From IMG/VR virus record IMGVR_UViG_3300005529_000001, positions 62,001 to 126,000 of that record: a DNA stretch of 64,000 nt; one strand, written 5' to 3'. Below, piece by piece: positions 8,691 through 16,788 of the stretch. Under the pieces are notes generated by a model that had not been told where the DNA came from, did not search any database, and was given only the letters and a program-made list of their open reading frames with translations. The position numbers were made by a program, and so were the translations under genes. Positions within the stretch are counted from its first letter, which is position 1, and the number at the start of each line of letters is the position of its first letter.

Positions 8691-8726
8691 GACAAGACTC
8701 TACCAGGATCTGCGCGATCCTTTCAC
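8691..8726 (-). promoter_or_regulatory. type example of the cassette promoter
   Basis: GTGAAA(8726-8721)-GGATCGCGCAGATCCTGG-TAGAGT(8702-8697)-CTTGTC-ATG; the TGA of the upstream gene lies within the -35 box. Confidence 0.9.
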
Positions 8727-8923
8727 CCGTCGACGTAGGCGGTGCCCTCGACCACGCGGGCGTTGATGCCCTTCTGCTTCAGGAAACGCTGGTACGCTTC
8801 GTCTTCCTGTTCGGCGTCGTAGCCGTCGGCGCCCGTGAAGATGCGGTCGTCCCGGGTCATCATCCCCAGCTCGGGGTGCCCGATGGTCGCATCGTCATAC
8901 TCGAGCTCGTACTTCTTGGTCAC
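8723..8923 (-). CDS. acidic hypothetical protein
   Basis: GTGA-coupled; stop in next -35 box. Confidence 0.7.
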   Translation of the reverse strand: MTKKYELEYDDATIGHPELGMMTRDDRIFTGADGYDAEQEDEAYQRFLKQKGINARVVEGTAYVDG

Positions 8924-9141
8924 GCTGGCACCGCCTTTCCGGGGATGAGGGTCCGCGTTGCGCGCTTCTGAGAGACGAGACCGCTGGCGAAGCCGTCAGC
9001 GAACTCGAACGAGGTGTTGCAGAGCCGGTAGTGCGCCTTCCGCAGCGCCAGCTTGAAACCGGGCTTGCGACAGGGGACCACCGCGACCCGCCCAGCGTGC
9101 GTGCCCTCGAGGACCTCGATCACGTTCCATGTTATGTCCAT
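8920..9141 (-). CDS. hypothetical protein
   Basis: cassette promoter + ORF. Confidence 0.7.
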   Translation of the reverse strand: MDITWNVIEVLEGTHAGRVAVVPCRKPGFKLALRKAHYRLCNTSFEFADGFASGLVSQKRATRTLIPGKAVPA

Positions 9142-9173
9142 GACTCCACTCTACTCCGATCTGTGCGGTGCTT

Positions 9174-9257
9174 TCACCGCGTGGAGAGGAAGCGCTTCCA
9201 AGCGACGATGCCGATGAACTCCAACAGCAACCAGCCTGTCAAGACGAGGTAGAGCAT
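9174..9257 (-). CDS. 27-aa membrane micropeptide
   Basis: MLYLVLTGWLLLEFIGIVAWKRFLSTR; own promoter; stop in next -35 box. Confidence 0.65.
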   Translation of the reverse strand: MLYLVLTGWLLLEFIGIVAWKRFLSTR

Positions 9258-9281
9258 GTAGCAACTCTACCTTGATCTGCG

Positions 9282-9617
9282 TCAGGCTTTCACCCTGACG
9301 TGGATGCTGAAGGAGTTCTCGTACGCCGTCTGCCCGTAGTACGAGCCGAGCAGCAGCTCGATGACGGTGCCATCGGGGAGCGTCTTGGTCAGGTCGGCAC
9401 CCCGCGACACGCGATCTCCCGTCGGGTCGGTGCCGACCGACGCGTGGCTGATGCTGAAGCCGTGGGCACGAGCATTGGCTGACACCCGAGCGAGCACCCG
9501 CGCGCCCGCGTGACCGTGGCGTTTCTCCCAGTCAGCCGACGTGGCAGTGACCCGGGTGCCAGCGCCGCCCGGGAACTTGATGTCCTTGAGTAGCTTCTTG
9601 AACTCTTTGGCGTCCAT
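9282..9617 (-). CDS. hypothetical protein
   Basis: cassette promoter + ORF. Confidence 0.75.
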   Translation of the reverse strand: MDAKEFKKLLKDIKFPGGAGTRVTATSADWEKRHGHAGARVLARVSANARAHGFSISHASVGTDPTGDRVSRGADLTKTLPDGTVIELLLGSYYGQTAYENSFSIHVRVKA

Positions 9618-9655
9618 GTCAGCAATCCTATCTTGATCTGCGGGCGGTTTTGCAC

Positions 9656-9850
9656 TCAGGGCGTGCCGAAGTCGGAGACGGCCTTCTCCATCACCGCCTT
9701 CCTGATCTGGACCTCCTTCAACGCCTTCTCCAGTGCATCCTCGAGCATCTGGAGCTGGTACAGCCCATCGTGGAGTGACCCAGCGATCGGGGACATGGTG
9801 TTGTTGATCGCTTCCTCGACCTCAGCAGTGAAACTCGGTCCGGGCATCAC
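9656..9850 (-). CDS. hypothetical coiled-coil protein
   Basis: promoter at 9862-9897 with GAGGTG SD. Confidence 0.65.
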   Translation of the reverse strand: MMPGPSFTAEVEEAINNTMSPIAGSLHDGLYQLQMLEDALEKALKEVQIRKAVMEKAVSDFGTP

Positions 9851-9893
9851 CTCACCTCCATGGTCATGTTATACCAGGATCTGCGCGATCCTT

Positions 9894-10199
9894 TCACACG
9901 TCGAGGCCGCAGTACTGCGTCACCAACACCTTGGTGCCGAAGACTTGGACCTTTGGCTCCTCCGAGAAGGAGCGACCTGGGCCACCGTAGTGACGGTCCC
10001 AGCCGGTGAGGACGTGTGCCAGGTCGTAGTCGTCGTCCTGTGCGCGGGGACCGATCGTGCGGAGCAGCTCCGCCTCGCACTCTGCCTTGTCCAGCACCAC
10101 GTACTTGGTGCACGAGGCCTCGCTGGGGTCACGGAAGGAGATGCCGCTGCGGAGGACGGTGAAGCCGGTGTCGATGGTGACGTGCTCGTTGGTTGCCAT
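9894..10199 (-). CDS. hypothetical protein
   Basis: cassette promoter + ORF. Confidence 0.75.
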   Translation of the reverse strand: MATNEHVTIDTGFTVLRSGISFRDPSEASCTKYVVLDKAECEAELLRTIGPRAQDDDYDLAHVLTGWDRHYGGPGRSFSEEPKVQVFGTKVLVTQYCGLDV

Positions 10200-10231
10200 G
10201 AGACCAGTCTACACTGATCTGCGCTTGGCTT

Positions 10232-10945
10232 TCACCGGTCCGAGCAGATTTCACAAGGAATGGGCATTCCCGTGGTGTCGGTGGGACAGAAGCCACCCGT
10301 GTTGGGGACCGACGACCCCGTCACCGAAACAACCCCGTTGGTGCACTTGACATCGAAGTAGCTGGAACAAGCGCTGCCCAGTCCCAAGCAGATGTTGACA
10401 TCGGAGCCGCTGGCAGCGAGACCCGTCGCGGTCGGGGTTGCGCTGCTGTAACGTTGGTAGTAGTCGATGCGGACCTCGCCCCCACAGGTGCCGTTGACGA
10501 CGAACTTGCCCGGGACGGTGTCGCCGAACGCGATGTCCATGCCCGGGATGTCGAAGGTGTACGAGTAAGTGTTGGGACCCGCCGCAGCTTCGGGCGCGGC
10601 GTCCGCGGCAACCACGACGTCAGCAGTCACCACGTCAGGGTCAGACCCAGCGTCGGGGTCACTGGGAGCGTCGGTCCCAGCGTCGACAGTGGAACCTGCC
10701 TCGACGTCCTGCTTGGTGAGCTTGGGGCTGTCGGTGAGCCCCGCGTCGGGGACGACCGCTGAGGCTTCGGGGACGGGCGTCGCGTCGGGAACGGGCGGGT
10801 CACCTGCGTCATCTCCAGCGAACCCAGCTTCACCCATCGGCTGGGCGATCGGCTTGTTGAGGGGCGGGACGTTCTCAGGGCCCGAGAAAGCGCTGCCGCC
10901 GCAGGCGACGAGGAAGAGAGCCGTGATGGCGACTGTGTGTCTCAT
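10232..10945 (-). CDS. lipoprotein with D-A-G low-complexity linker and Cys-rich C-terminal domain
   Basis: lipobox LVAC-GG; repeated DAG/DAA; cassette promoter. Confidence 0.75.
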   Translation of the reverse strand: MRHTVAITALFLVACGGSAFSGPENVPPLNKPIAQPMGEAGFAGDDAGDPPVPDATPVPEASAVVPDAGLTDSPKLTKQDVEAGSTVDAGTDAPSDPDAGSDPDVVTADVVVAADAAPEAAAGPNTYSYTFDIPGMDIAFGDTVPGKFVVNGTCGGEVRIDYYQRYSSATPTATGLAASGSDVNICLGLGSACSSYFDVKCTNGVVSVTGSSVPNTGGFCPTDTTGMPIPCEICSDR

Positions 10946-11009
10946 GTTACCAGTCTACCCCAACTCGGGTCGGACTTGCACAAGTCCCTCGCGAGCGGCC
11001 CGCGCGCTC

Positions 11010-11052
11010 GCGCAAACGCAACAAGCCCGGAGCCTTGTGAGCCCCGAGCCGG
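11010..11052 (-). terminator. intrinsic terminator
   Basis: GGCTCGGGGCT-loop-GGCTCCGGGCT followed by TGTTGCGTTT, downstream of 11069-11731. Confidence 0.5.
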
Positions 11053-11068
11053 TGCGGTTTGTTTTCGC

Positions 11069-11731
11069 TCAGCTCGCTGCAGCCGTCGCCGCAGCGGTGA
11101 CCGGCTCGACGTCCGAGGTGAAGAGGTAGACGGGCTTCTTGGAGCCCTCGACCTCGACGTAGCAGCGGATGCGCTGCGCCTTGGACACGGTGCCGACCTG
11201 GCCGATGAAGCGGGAGTCGCCGCCGACGATGCGGACCTGCTGTCCCGCCTCGATGCGCTGGGTCAGGGCGCGCTCGGTCGCCTTGACGCGGTTGAAGTGC
11301 TGGAGGTGTGCGGACAGCTTCGCCACCTGGGCTGCGGTGTAGTTGGCCGTGATCTCGCTGAAGAGCAGCTCGAGGGCCTCGTTGCCGAGGGGTCCGAGCT
11401 TCTCCGCGGCCTTCGCGACCTTGCGCATGTGAGCCGGCTGCTTGGAGGCGTCCTTCGCCGCCTTCTTCGCCTGCCGCGCTGCGTCCCGCTCGGCCTTCCG
11501 TGCGGTGCGAGCAGCCTGCTTCTCGGTCTCCCGGGCGGCCTTCTGCTCGTCGGTGAGGCGGGGACGCTTGGGAGCCGAGGGCTCCTTCTCGGCCTTCGGA
11601 GCCTTCGCGGGCTTCTCGGTCGCCGTCGTTCCCGTCGATGCCGCCCGGCGGTTCTTCGCCTTGGCCAGCGCCTTGTCAAGCTCCGTGACCGCTTCGTCGG
11701 TCATCGGGGCAGTTCCCTTCTTCTCGCTCAT
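11069..11731 (-). CDS. Lys/Ala-rich protein with C-terminal KOW motif
   Basis: basic AK-rich N-half; IEAGQQVRIVGGDSRFIGQVGTV fits KOW; AAGGAG SD. Confidence 0.75.
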   Translation of the reverse strand: MSEKKGTAPMTDEAVTELDKALAKAKNRRAASTGTTATEKPAKAPKAEKEPSAPKRPRLTDEQKAARETEKQAARTARKAERDAARQAKKAAKDASKQPAHMRKVAKAAEKLGPLGNEALELLFSEITANYTAAQVAKLSAHLQHFNRVKATERALTQRIEAGQQVRIVGGDSRFIGQVGTVSKAQRIRCYVEVEGSKKPVYLFTSDVEPVTAAATAAAS

Positions 11732-11951
11732 GATGTGATTCTCCTTTTCACCCCGGAGACACGGGAGCAGGAACAGCCCGGCTCGCGTATGCCCAGGGTG
11801 ACATTGTCTCTTTGGCACATCACCGTGCCATCTGAGTTGACTTTACTATGACAGCCTGTGCTGTTTCACTTTGAGTGAGTCAGTTTTGCACCACAACCGT
11901 TTCATAGGCGAAAAGTGCAAGTTGTGTGATGTTATGGTACATCTCGTGACC

Positions 11952-12347
11952 ATGGAACCCAAGACAACCGCGAGTCACAAGCCCCCGAAAAGGCTTTCTC
12001 AGAGTCCACCCAACCCAGAAAGGTGGGAAACACCGATCGTCCTAAGGACCGCTCGCTCTCGGATGCGAGAGCTGGTCAACGAGAACAACGCTCATATCCA
12101 GAAGATGCTCGCTGACCTGCTCGTCGAGGCTGGCTGGACCGAGAAGGACTTCCTCGACGCCCTCGTCCGGGACGTGGCTGCAAACGGCCGCGACCGGTGG
12201 ATGGTCCCGTCCCCCTCCCTCGCACCGGCCCTTCAGGGGCCACTGGAGGGTGAAAGGCAACCGACGAGGACCAAGTCTGGCACGCAGCCCAAGGTTCAGC
12301 CCTCCCATGGCGGCTACCGCTACGTCAGGGGCAAGAAGGTAGGTTGA
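11952..12347 (+). CDS. hypothetical protein
   Basis: divergent promoter GTGCAA..TACATC. Confidence 0.6.
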   Translation: MEPKTTASHKPPKRLSQSPPNPERWETPIVLRTARSRMRELVNENNAHIQKMLADLLVEAGWTEKDFLDALVRDVAANGRDRWMVPSPSLAPALQGPLEGERQPTRTKSGTQPKVQPSHGGYRYVRGKKVG

Positions 12348-12394
12348 GCTGGCTCTGGGTGCAAGTTCATACCCGAATTGGGTACCATGCAGCC

Positions 12395-12616
12395 ATGGGC
12401 CGACGAATCAGCGAAGCAACCCGGTACACCGTGTGCTACACCCTAGGCAAGGGAACGGAGCAACGCTTCGAGTGTACTGCCCGGGACCGAGGCGACGCCT
12501 TGGCCCAGCTCAAGCAACAACTGAAGGGACCGGATTGGAAAGGCGATCCGATCCCATCTCCCAACGTCTTACGCATCGTGCCCTGTTGGCTCGGCCGCGT
12601 AGGTCTGAAACCGTAG
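12395..12616 (+). CDS. hypothetical protein
   Basis: GTGCAA-N18-TACCAT-N6-ATG. Confidence 0.7.
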   Translation: MGRRISEATRYTVCYTLGKGTEQRFECTARDRGDALAQLKQQLKGPDWKGDPIPSPNVLRIVPCWLGRVGLKP

Positions 12617-12637
12617 CTCAGAAAGGACAAACGCAAC

Positions 12638-12922
12638 ATGATGCGTGCACAGGGCGCTCCGCGCAAGGTCTACACCCGCAACGGTGTCACCCACGTCTGC
12701 TTCCAGGGCATCTACTTCAGGGCCCCGAAAGCGAGCAGGATCGACCCCGAGCGCGAGGTCTCGAAGATCGAGGTCCTTGACAAGAGCGGGGGCAAGCACC
12801 GGGTCGGTGTCACCCAGCGTGTCGCGGGCAAGAACGTCACCGAGACGTGGCACGAGGGCTCTGTCCCGGTGCAGGGTCGCCGCAAGAAGCAAGGCAAGCG
12901 CCAGGCTTCCATTTCAGCCTAG
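12638..12922 (+). CDS. basic protein, paralog of 14837-15082
   Basis: APRKVYTRNGVTHVCF...VTQR...ETW; AAAGGA SD. Confidence 0.75.
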   Translation: MMRAQGAPRKVYTRNGVTHVCFQGIYFRAPKASRIDPEREVSKIEVLDKSGGKHRVGVTQRVAGKNVTETWHEGSVPVQGRRKKQGKRQASISA

Positions 12923-12929
12923 TGGCTCT

Positions 12930-13067
12930 TCACTTGATGAAGAGGCTGAGGACGAAGGAGACTCCCGACGAGATGGCGAGGCCGAGTGCTGCGCCGTGCG
13001 CGTCGTTGACGCAGAAGCCGATCGCAGTGCTAGTGACCCAGAGGTTGATCGCGGTGGGATTCATCAT
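12930..13067 (-). CDS. 45-aa membrane peptide
   Basis: not in ORF track; own promoter; two hydrophobic stretches. Confidence 0.6.
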   Translation of the reverse strand: MMNPTAINLWVTSTAIGFCVNDAHGAALGLAISSGVSFVLSLFIK

Positions 13068-13135
13068 GATCCTACCCTACCACGACGTGAGGATACGATT
13101 CACTATCCTCCACGTCGTGGCGATCGTCCGCTCGA

Positions 13136-13471
13136 TCAAATCGACCTGAACAAGACCTGGCAGTTCAGCTTCGCACAGAAGCCGGTCCTGAGGCCCTTCG
13201 GCTTCCGGTGCCAGCCTGCCCACTGTCCGCGACAGGAAGTGACGACCAGGGTCAGCTGGGGGACGCCATCCGGCCATCCCTTCCACGGGCCGACCATGAT
13301 GGGCTCGCCCCCGTCGTCACACCAACGACCCGCGGCTGCGTTCGCATCGTGGATCGCCTTGACATCCTCCGCCGTCCGACGGATCCAGACGTCGTGCTTG
13401 TTGCGCAGGAGGACGACTGTCTCACCACGCTTGACGTGTCGGTTGTAGACCCCGTTGGATTCCTTGCTCAT
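13136..13471 (-). CDS. hypothetical protein
   Basis: TATGAT-N7-ATG. Confidence 0.7.
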   Translation of the reverse strand: MSKESNGVYNRHVKRGETVVLLRNKHDVWIRRTAEDVKAIHDANAAAGRWCDDGGEPIMVGPWKGWPDGVPQLTLVVTSCRGQWAGWHRKPKGLRTGFCAKLNCQVLFRSI

Positions 13472-13561
13472 GAGTCGTATCATACTCCTGTTCTGCAGCG
13501 ACTTGCACTGGAAACGCGAATGGGCCGGATGTGAAATCCGACCCACCGCGGGTCTACAGCC

Positions 13562-13732
13562 TTAGACCGAGAAGCGTCCCATCCGGATGGCCCGGCGAGG
13601 CCAGGCGAAAGCGTGGCGGAGCGGGCGCCAGGCGATGCAGACGGAGATGACCACGTAGGCCATGAACTCCAGGGCAACCCAGGCGAGGATGCAGGTGATG
13701 ACGGGGTGGGTGGACCAGGTGGTGTTGAGCAT
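13562..13732 (-). CDS. 56-aa membrane peptide
   Basis: not in ORF track; own promoter; LAWVALEF resembles the 9174-9257 peptide. Confidence 0.6.
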   Translation of the reverse strand: MLNTTWSTHPVITCILAWVALEFMAYVVISVCIAWRPLRHAFAWPRRAIRMGRFSV

Positions 13733-13768
13733 GATCAGACTCTACCAGGAATGTCCCCGATCTTTCAC

Positions 13769-14269
13769 TCAGTCGGAAGAGTCGACCCGGCTCTCGCACC
13801 GGTAGACGTAGTAAGGCGTCTCGATCGGCTCGTAAGGCAAGCCGCTGTACGGGTTGATCGCCGCACCGGGGATGGGCTCCTGGGTGAAGCGATTGAACAT
13901 CTGACACTCGATCTTGTCGAGCCCAGATGGCTTGGTGTCCGTTGTTTTGGGTCCCGGTTTCCCGTAGTCAGCAAACTCCTCGGGGACCGGCGTCTCCATC
14001 CCGTTGATGACCTGGCAGGCCTTGAACTCTTGGCCATAGCCGAGGTATCCGATGTCGCGGAGCAACCACAGCTGCTTCAGCGACAGGGGCTTGAGCGAAG
14101 CCACCTCATAGTACGAGGCGTTATAGCAGTTGCCCAGCTGCCTGCCACCCTTGTTGACGATAGACAGCGCCGGACGCGGGTTGAGGTAGAGAAAGTCCAC
14201 ATCGTTCCGCGGGCGGGGTCGAGCGATCGGGTTGGTGTTGGTTGAGGGGAAGTTTGGTCGTCTTGCCAT
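13769..14269 (-). CDS. hypothetical protein
   Basis: cassette promoter + ORF. Confidence 0.75.
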   Translation of the reverse strand: MARRPNFPSTNTNPIARPRPRNDVDFLYLNPRPALSIVNKGGRQLGNCYNASYYEVASLKPLSLKQLWLLRDIGYLGYGQEFKACQVINGMETPVPEEFADYGKPGPKTTDTKPSGLDKIECQMFNRFTQEPIPGAAINPYSGLPYEPIETPYYVYRCESRVDSSD

Positions 14270-14307
14270 GACACTAACCTACCATTGATCTGCAGCGACT
14301 TGCATCG

Positions 14308-14481
14308 TCAGTTGAGGTCTTCGGGGCGCGGGGCGGGAGCGTTGGGCTTGTTGAAGATCCGTTCCCAGCCGTCGTTGTAGGCTTGGGTCGAGGTCCGGGA
14401 CCGAATGCCGTTGGACCCCTGCTCGTCCTTCGAGGTCACCGTCTCGATGACCGCCACGACCACGATGGTATCGTCTTTCAT
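14308..14481 (-). CDS. small hypothetical protein (AYNDGWERIF motif)
   Basis: GGAGG SD. Confidence 0.6.
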   Translation of the reverse strand: MKDDTIVVVAVIETVTSKDEQGSNGIRSRTSTQAYNDGWERIFNKPNAPAPRPEDLN

Positions 14482-14482
14482 C

Positions 14483-14737
14483 TCATCCTCCGAATTGGTT
14501 GAGGGGCACCCGGAACGTCCGGTCGTCGACCTGTGAGAAGAACTTGTTGTCGTTGAGCAACGCAAACGAGAATAGCGAGCTCAGCGTGTCGCTGTCCGTC
14601 TCCTCAGAGGAGCGGAACCTGACGAACACCGTCCCATCCCGCTTGGTGTCCGACAGCTCGTAGCACGAGCTCATCGTGACGTGGGTGCGGATGTACGCCT
14701 GCAGGTTCCGGGTCAGCTTGCGAGAGTTGGCGACCAT
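14483..14737 (-). CDS. hypothetical protein
   Basis: cassette promoter + ORF. Confidence 0.7.
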   Translation of the reverse strand: MVANSRKLTRNLQAYIRTHVTMSSCYELSDTKRDGTVFVRFRSSEETDSDTLSSLFSFALLNDNKFFSQVDDRTFRVPLNQFGG

Positions 14738-14836
14738 GATGGTAGTCTATCCAAAGTCACCGCGATCTTTCACTGAAACGAACATGGTCCCAGCCTTTGA
14801 CGACTGGGACCATGGTGACGCCATCGGCGTGCAGGT

Positions 14837-15082
14837 TCAGGCCCGAGCGTTGCAGGGCACCTTGACCTTGCCCCAGGTCTCGGAGACACCGGCCTTGCCC
14901 GGCTTGCGCTGGGTGACGGTGATGGTGCCGTCGCCGTTGCCGACGATCTTGACGAGGTTCGTCTCGCTGGCGATGATCTTGCTGTCGGCCTTGGTGCCGA
15001 AGTGCTCGCCGGCGAAGAGGACATGGAGGACGTTGTTGCGGCTGTAGACGCGGCGGGGGGCGTTGGCGGACTTCATCGACAT
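14837..15082 (-). CDS. basic protein, paralog of 12638-12922
   Basis: APRRVYSRNNVLHVLF...VTQR...ETW; leadered with GGAG SD. Confidence 0.75.
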   Translation of the reverse strand: MSMKSANAPRRVYSRNNVLHVLFAGEHFGTKADSKIIASETNLVKIVGNGDGTITVTQRKPGKAGVSETWGKVKVPCNARA

Positions 15083-15165
15083 GGCTTCTTCTCCGTTTTC
15101 GTTTTGTTGGGGTTGGTTGGGGTGACTTGACTGTTGTACCACTGAACTACGCAGTATTGCACAGT

Positions 15166-15504
15166 TCAGTCGTTGTAGATGATGATGGTGCAGCCGGGTT
15201 CGCAGTTGGGATCTGCCTGCTCGAAGCGCCATGAAGAGATTTCATGGTCATCGGTGGTCGAGACCTGTGACAGGGTAAACAGGCGACGTTCGCCCGTCCG
15301 GCCAGCGACGATGAAGCCGACGTCAGCAGCGTCTTTCCAGATGCGAGTGTTCAGCATGCTGGACAGCAAGCCGTTGTGCTGGTTGAACTGGCTGGCTTCG
15401 GCGGTGCCGTAGTACCAGTACCAAGTGCCAGCCTTCGCTCGTCGCTCCCACTGGAAGAAGTGGGTGCTGAGGACCGAGAGGTTGTCAGTGTCGGGTGCTC
15501 TCAT
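15166..15504 (-). CDS. hypothetical protein
   Basis: cassette promoter + ORF. Confidence 0.7.
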   Translation of the reverse strand: MRAPDTDNLSVLSTHFFQWERRAKAGTWYWYYGTAEASQFNQHNGLLSSMLNTRIWKDAADVGFIVAGRTGERRLFTLSQVSTTDDHEISSWRFEQADPNCEPGCTIIIYND

Positions 15505-15544
15505 GATCTGCAGTCTACCTTGATCTGAGGGGATGTTGCACAGT

Positions 15545-15892
15545 TCACCAGCGGTGGGTGCGTGCCTTCAGCTGGCTGACGAACCTGAGGGACACATCAA
15601 AGGACACGTAGTCCCTTCCCTGCATTCCCTGCTCGGTGTAGTCGACGTGCCCCTTCAGGCCCGCGGCCTTGAGAGCTGCCCTGAGCTCCCGGAGGAAGCG
15701 CGGGTCGGAGTAGATGAGCCCGTGCTTGGCGATGTCCCACGTGCCCTTGGTGAAGTAGACGCGGAGCTCAGCGCACTTGATGTCGGGCTGGTAGTACTCG
15801 TTCCTGCAGCTGATCCGGGTGACGCGGACCTCGCGGGCTTCGCGTGACCAAAAGCCCTTGCCATTGGTGTGAAGGGTGACTCCGAACCTCAT
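15545..15892 (-). CDS. conserved phage hypothetical protein (GLIYSD...YTEQGMQG)
   Basis: GGAGG SD; stop in next -35 region. Confidence 0.75.
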   Translation of the reverse strand: MRFGVTLHTNGKGFWSREAREVRVTRISCRNEYYQPDIKCAELRVYFTKGTWDIAKHGLIYSDPRFLRELRAALKAAGLKGHVDYTEQGMQGRDYVSFDVSLRFVSQLKARTHRW

Positions 15893-15893
15893 G

Positions 15894-16040
15894 TCAGTAT
15901 TCCTCCCTCTTCCAGCTCTTGCGAGCGTCCTTGGCGCGCCGGTCTCGCCGGTCACGCATCACCTGCTTCCGCTCCTGGAACGCGCCGAGCGGGTTGCGCT
16001 TCTGCTCCTTCGGGAGCTCGATGGTGAAGATCGTTGCCAT
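15894..16040 (-). CDS. 48-aa basic peptide
   Basis: not in ORF track; own promoter. Confidence 0.6.
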   Translation of the reverse strand: MATIFTIELPKEQKRNPLGAFQERKQVMRDRRDRRAKDARKSWKREEY

Positions 16041-16071
16041 GGTCCTAATCTACCACGACCAACGTGATCTT

Positions 16072-16305
16072 TCACTGCCACCGGCGCAATGACGGGACCC
16101 ACTCGTAGCTGAAGACAGTGCAATCCAGGTCCTCGATCGTCAGCTTGCCGTTACGGCTGGTGACGCAACAGGCGTTGAGAATGGCGTCACGCCGCGACCC
16201 GGTGAACTTCACCTCTTTCTTGAGGTACCGTGCGACCGCCTTGTGCTCGAACAGGCGATCGACCTGCTCATCCGTCAGCTCTGTGACGTCATGTGACATG
16301 TTCAT
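16072..16305 (-). CDS. hypothetical protein
   Basis: cassette promoter + ORF. Confidence 0.7.
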   Translation of the reverse strand: MNMSHDVTELTDEQVDRLFEHKAVARYLKKEVKFTGSRRDAILNACCVTSRNGKLTIEDLDCTVFSYEWVPSLRRWQ

Positions 16306-16336
16306 GGTAGCATCCTACCACAGTCACCATGATCTT

Positions 16337-16732
16337 TCACTGTGTCTCGCGAGCCCAAGCGAGAGCACCAGCGCACAGCTTGTTGCTGAGGCCGGTGGTG
16401 TTGGGGTACCAACGGAAGTTCTTGGTGGGCTTTCCGTACCGCTGGAAGAGGAACTTACTGTTGGCAATGGCGCTCTTGACAAGGGCCATCACGTCCTTGG
16501 CAGTGGGCTGCTGGCCAGTCGAGCGATCGAACTCAGCGCGGGGCTCGTAGGAATCGGAGCGTCCGGAGTCCATGCCTCCCACTGCGCCGGTGGTGAAGAC
16601 GCGGACCCGCACCGTGTCGTTGTTCGGGTCCCACTCCACCTTGAGGGAGTCGTTGTACCGGAAGTCTCCGGTGATGTGGGCGCTGAGAGAACCGATGACG
16701 ACGGGCGACTTCTTAGCGGGGGTGGTGTCCAT
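16337..16732 (-). CDS. hypothetical protein
   Basis: TACATT-N6-ATG fixes the start. Confidence 0.75.
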   Translation of the reverse strand: MDTTPAKKSPVVIGSLSAHITGDFRYNDSLKVEWDPNNDTVRVRVFTTGAVGGMDSGRSDSYEPRAEFDRSTGQQPTAKDVMALVKSAIANSKFLFQRYGKPTKNFRWYPNTTGLSNKLCAGALAWARETQ

Positions 16733-16745
16733 GTCTCGAATGTAC

Positions 16746-16779
16746 CACGGTCCCCGATGATCTTTCACCGGGGACCGTG
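16746..16779. repeat. 11-bp inverted repeat overlapping a cassette promoter
   Basis: CACGGTCCCCG / CGGGGACCGTG with a 12-nt loop containing the -35 box. Confidence 0.7.
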
Positions 16780-16788
16780 TGATGATCT

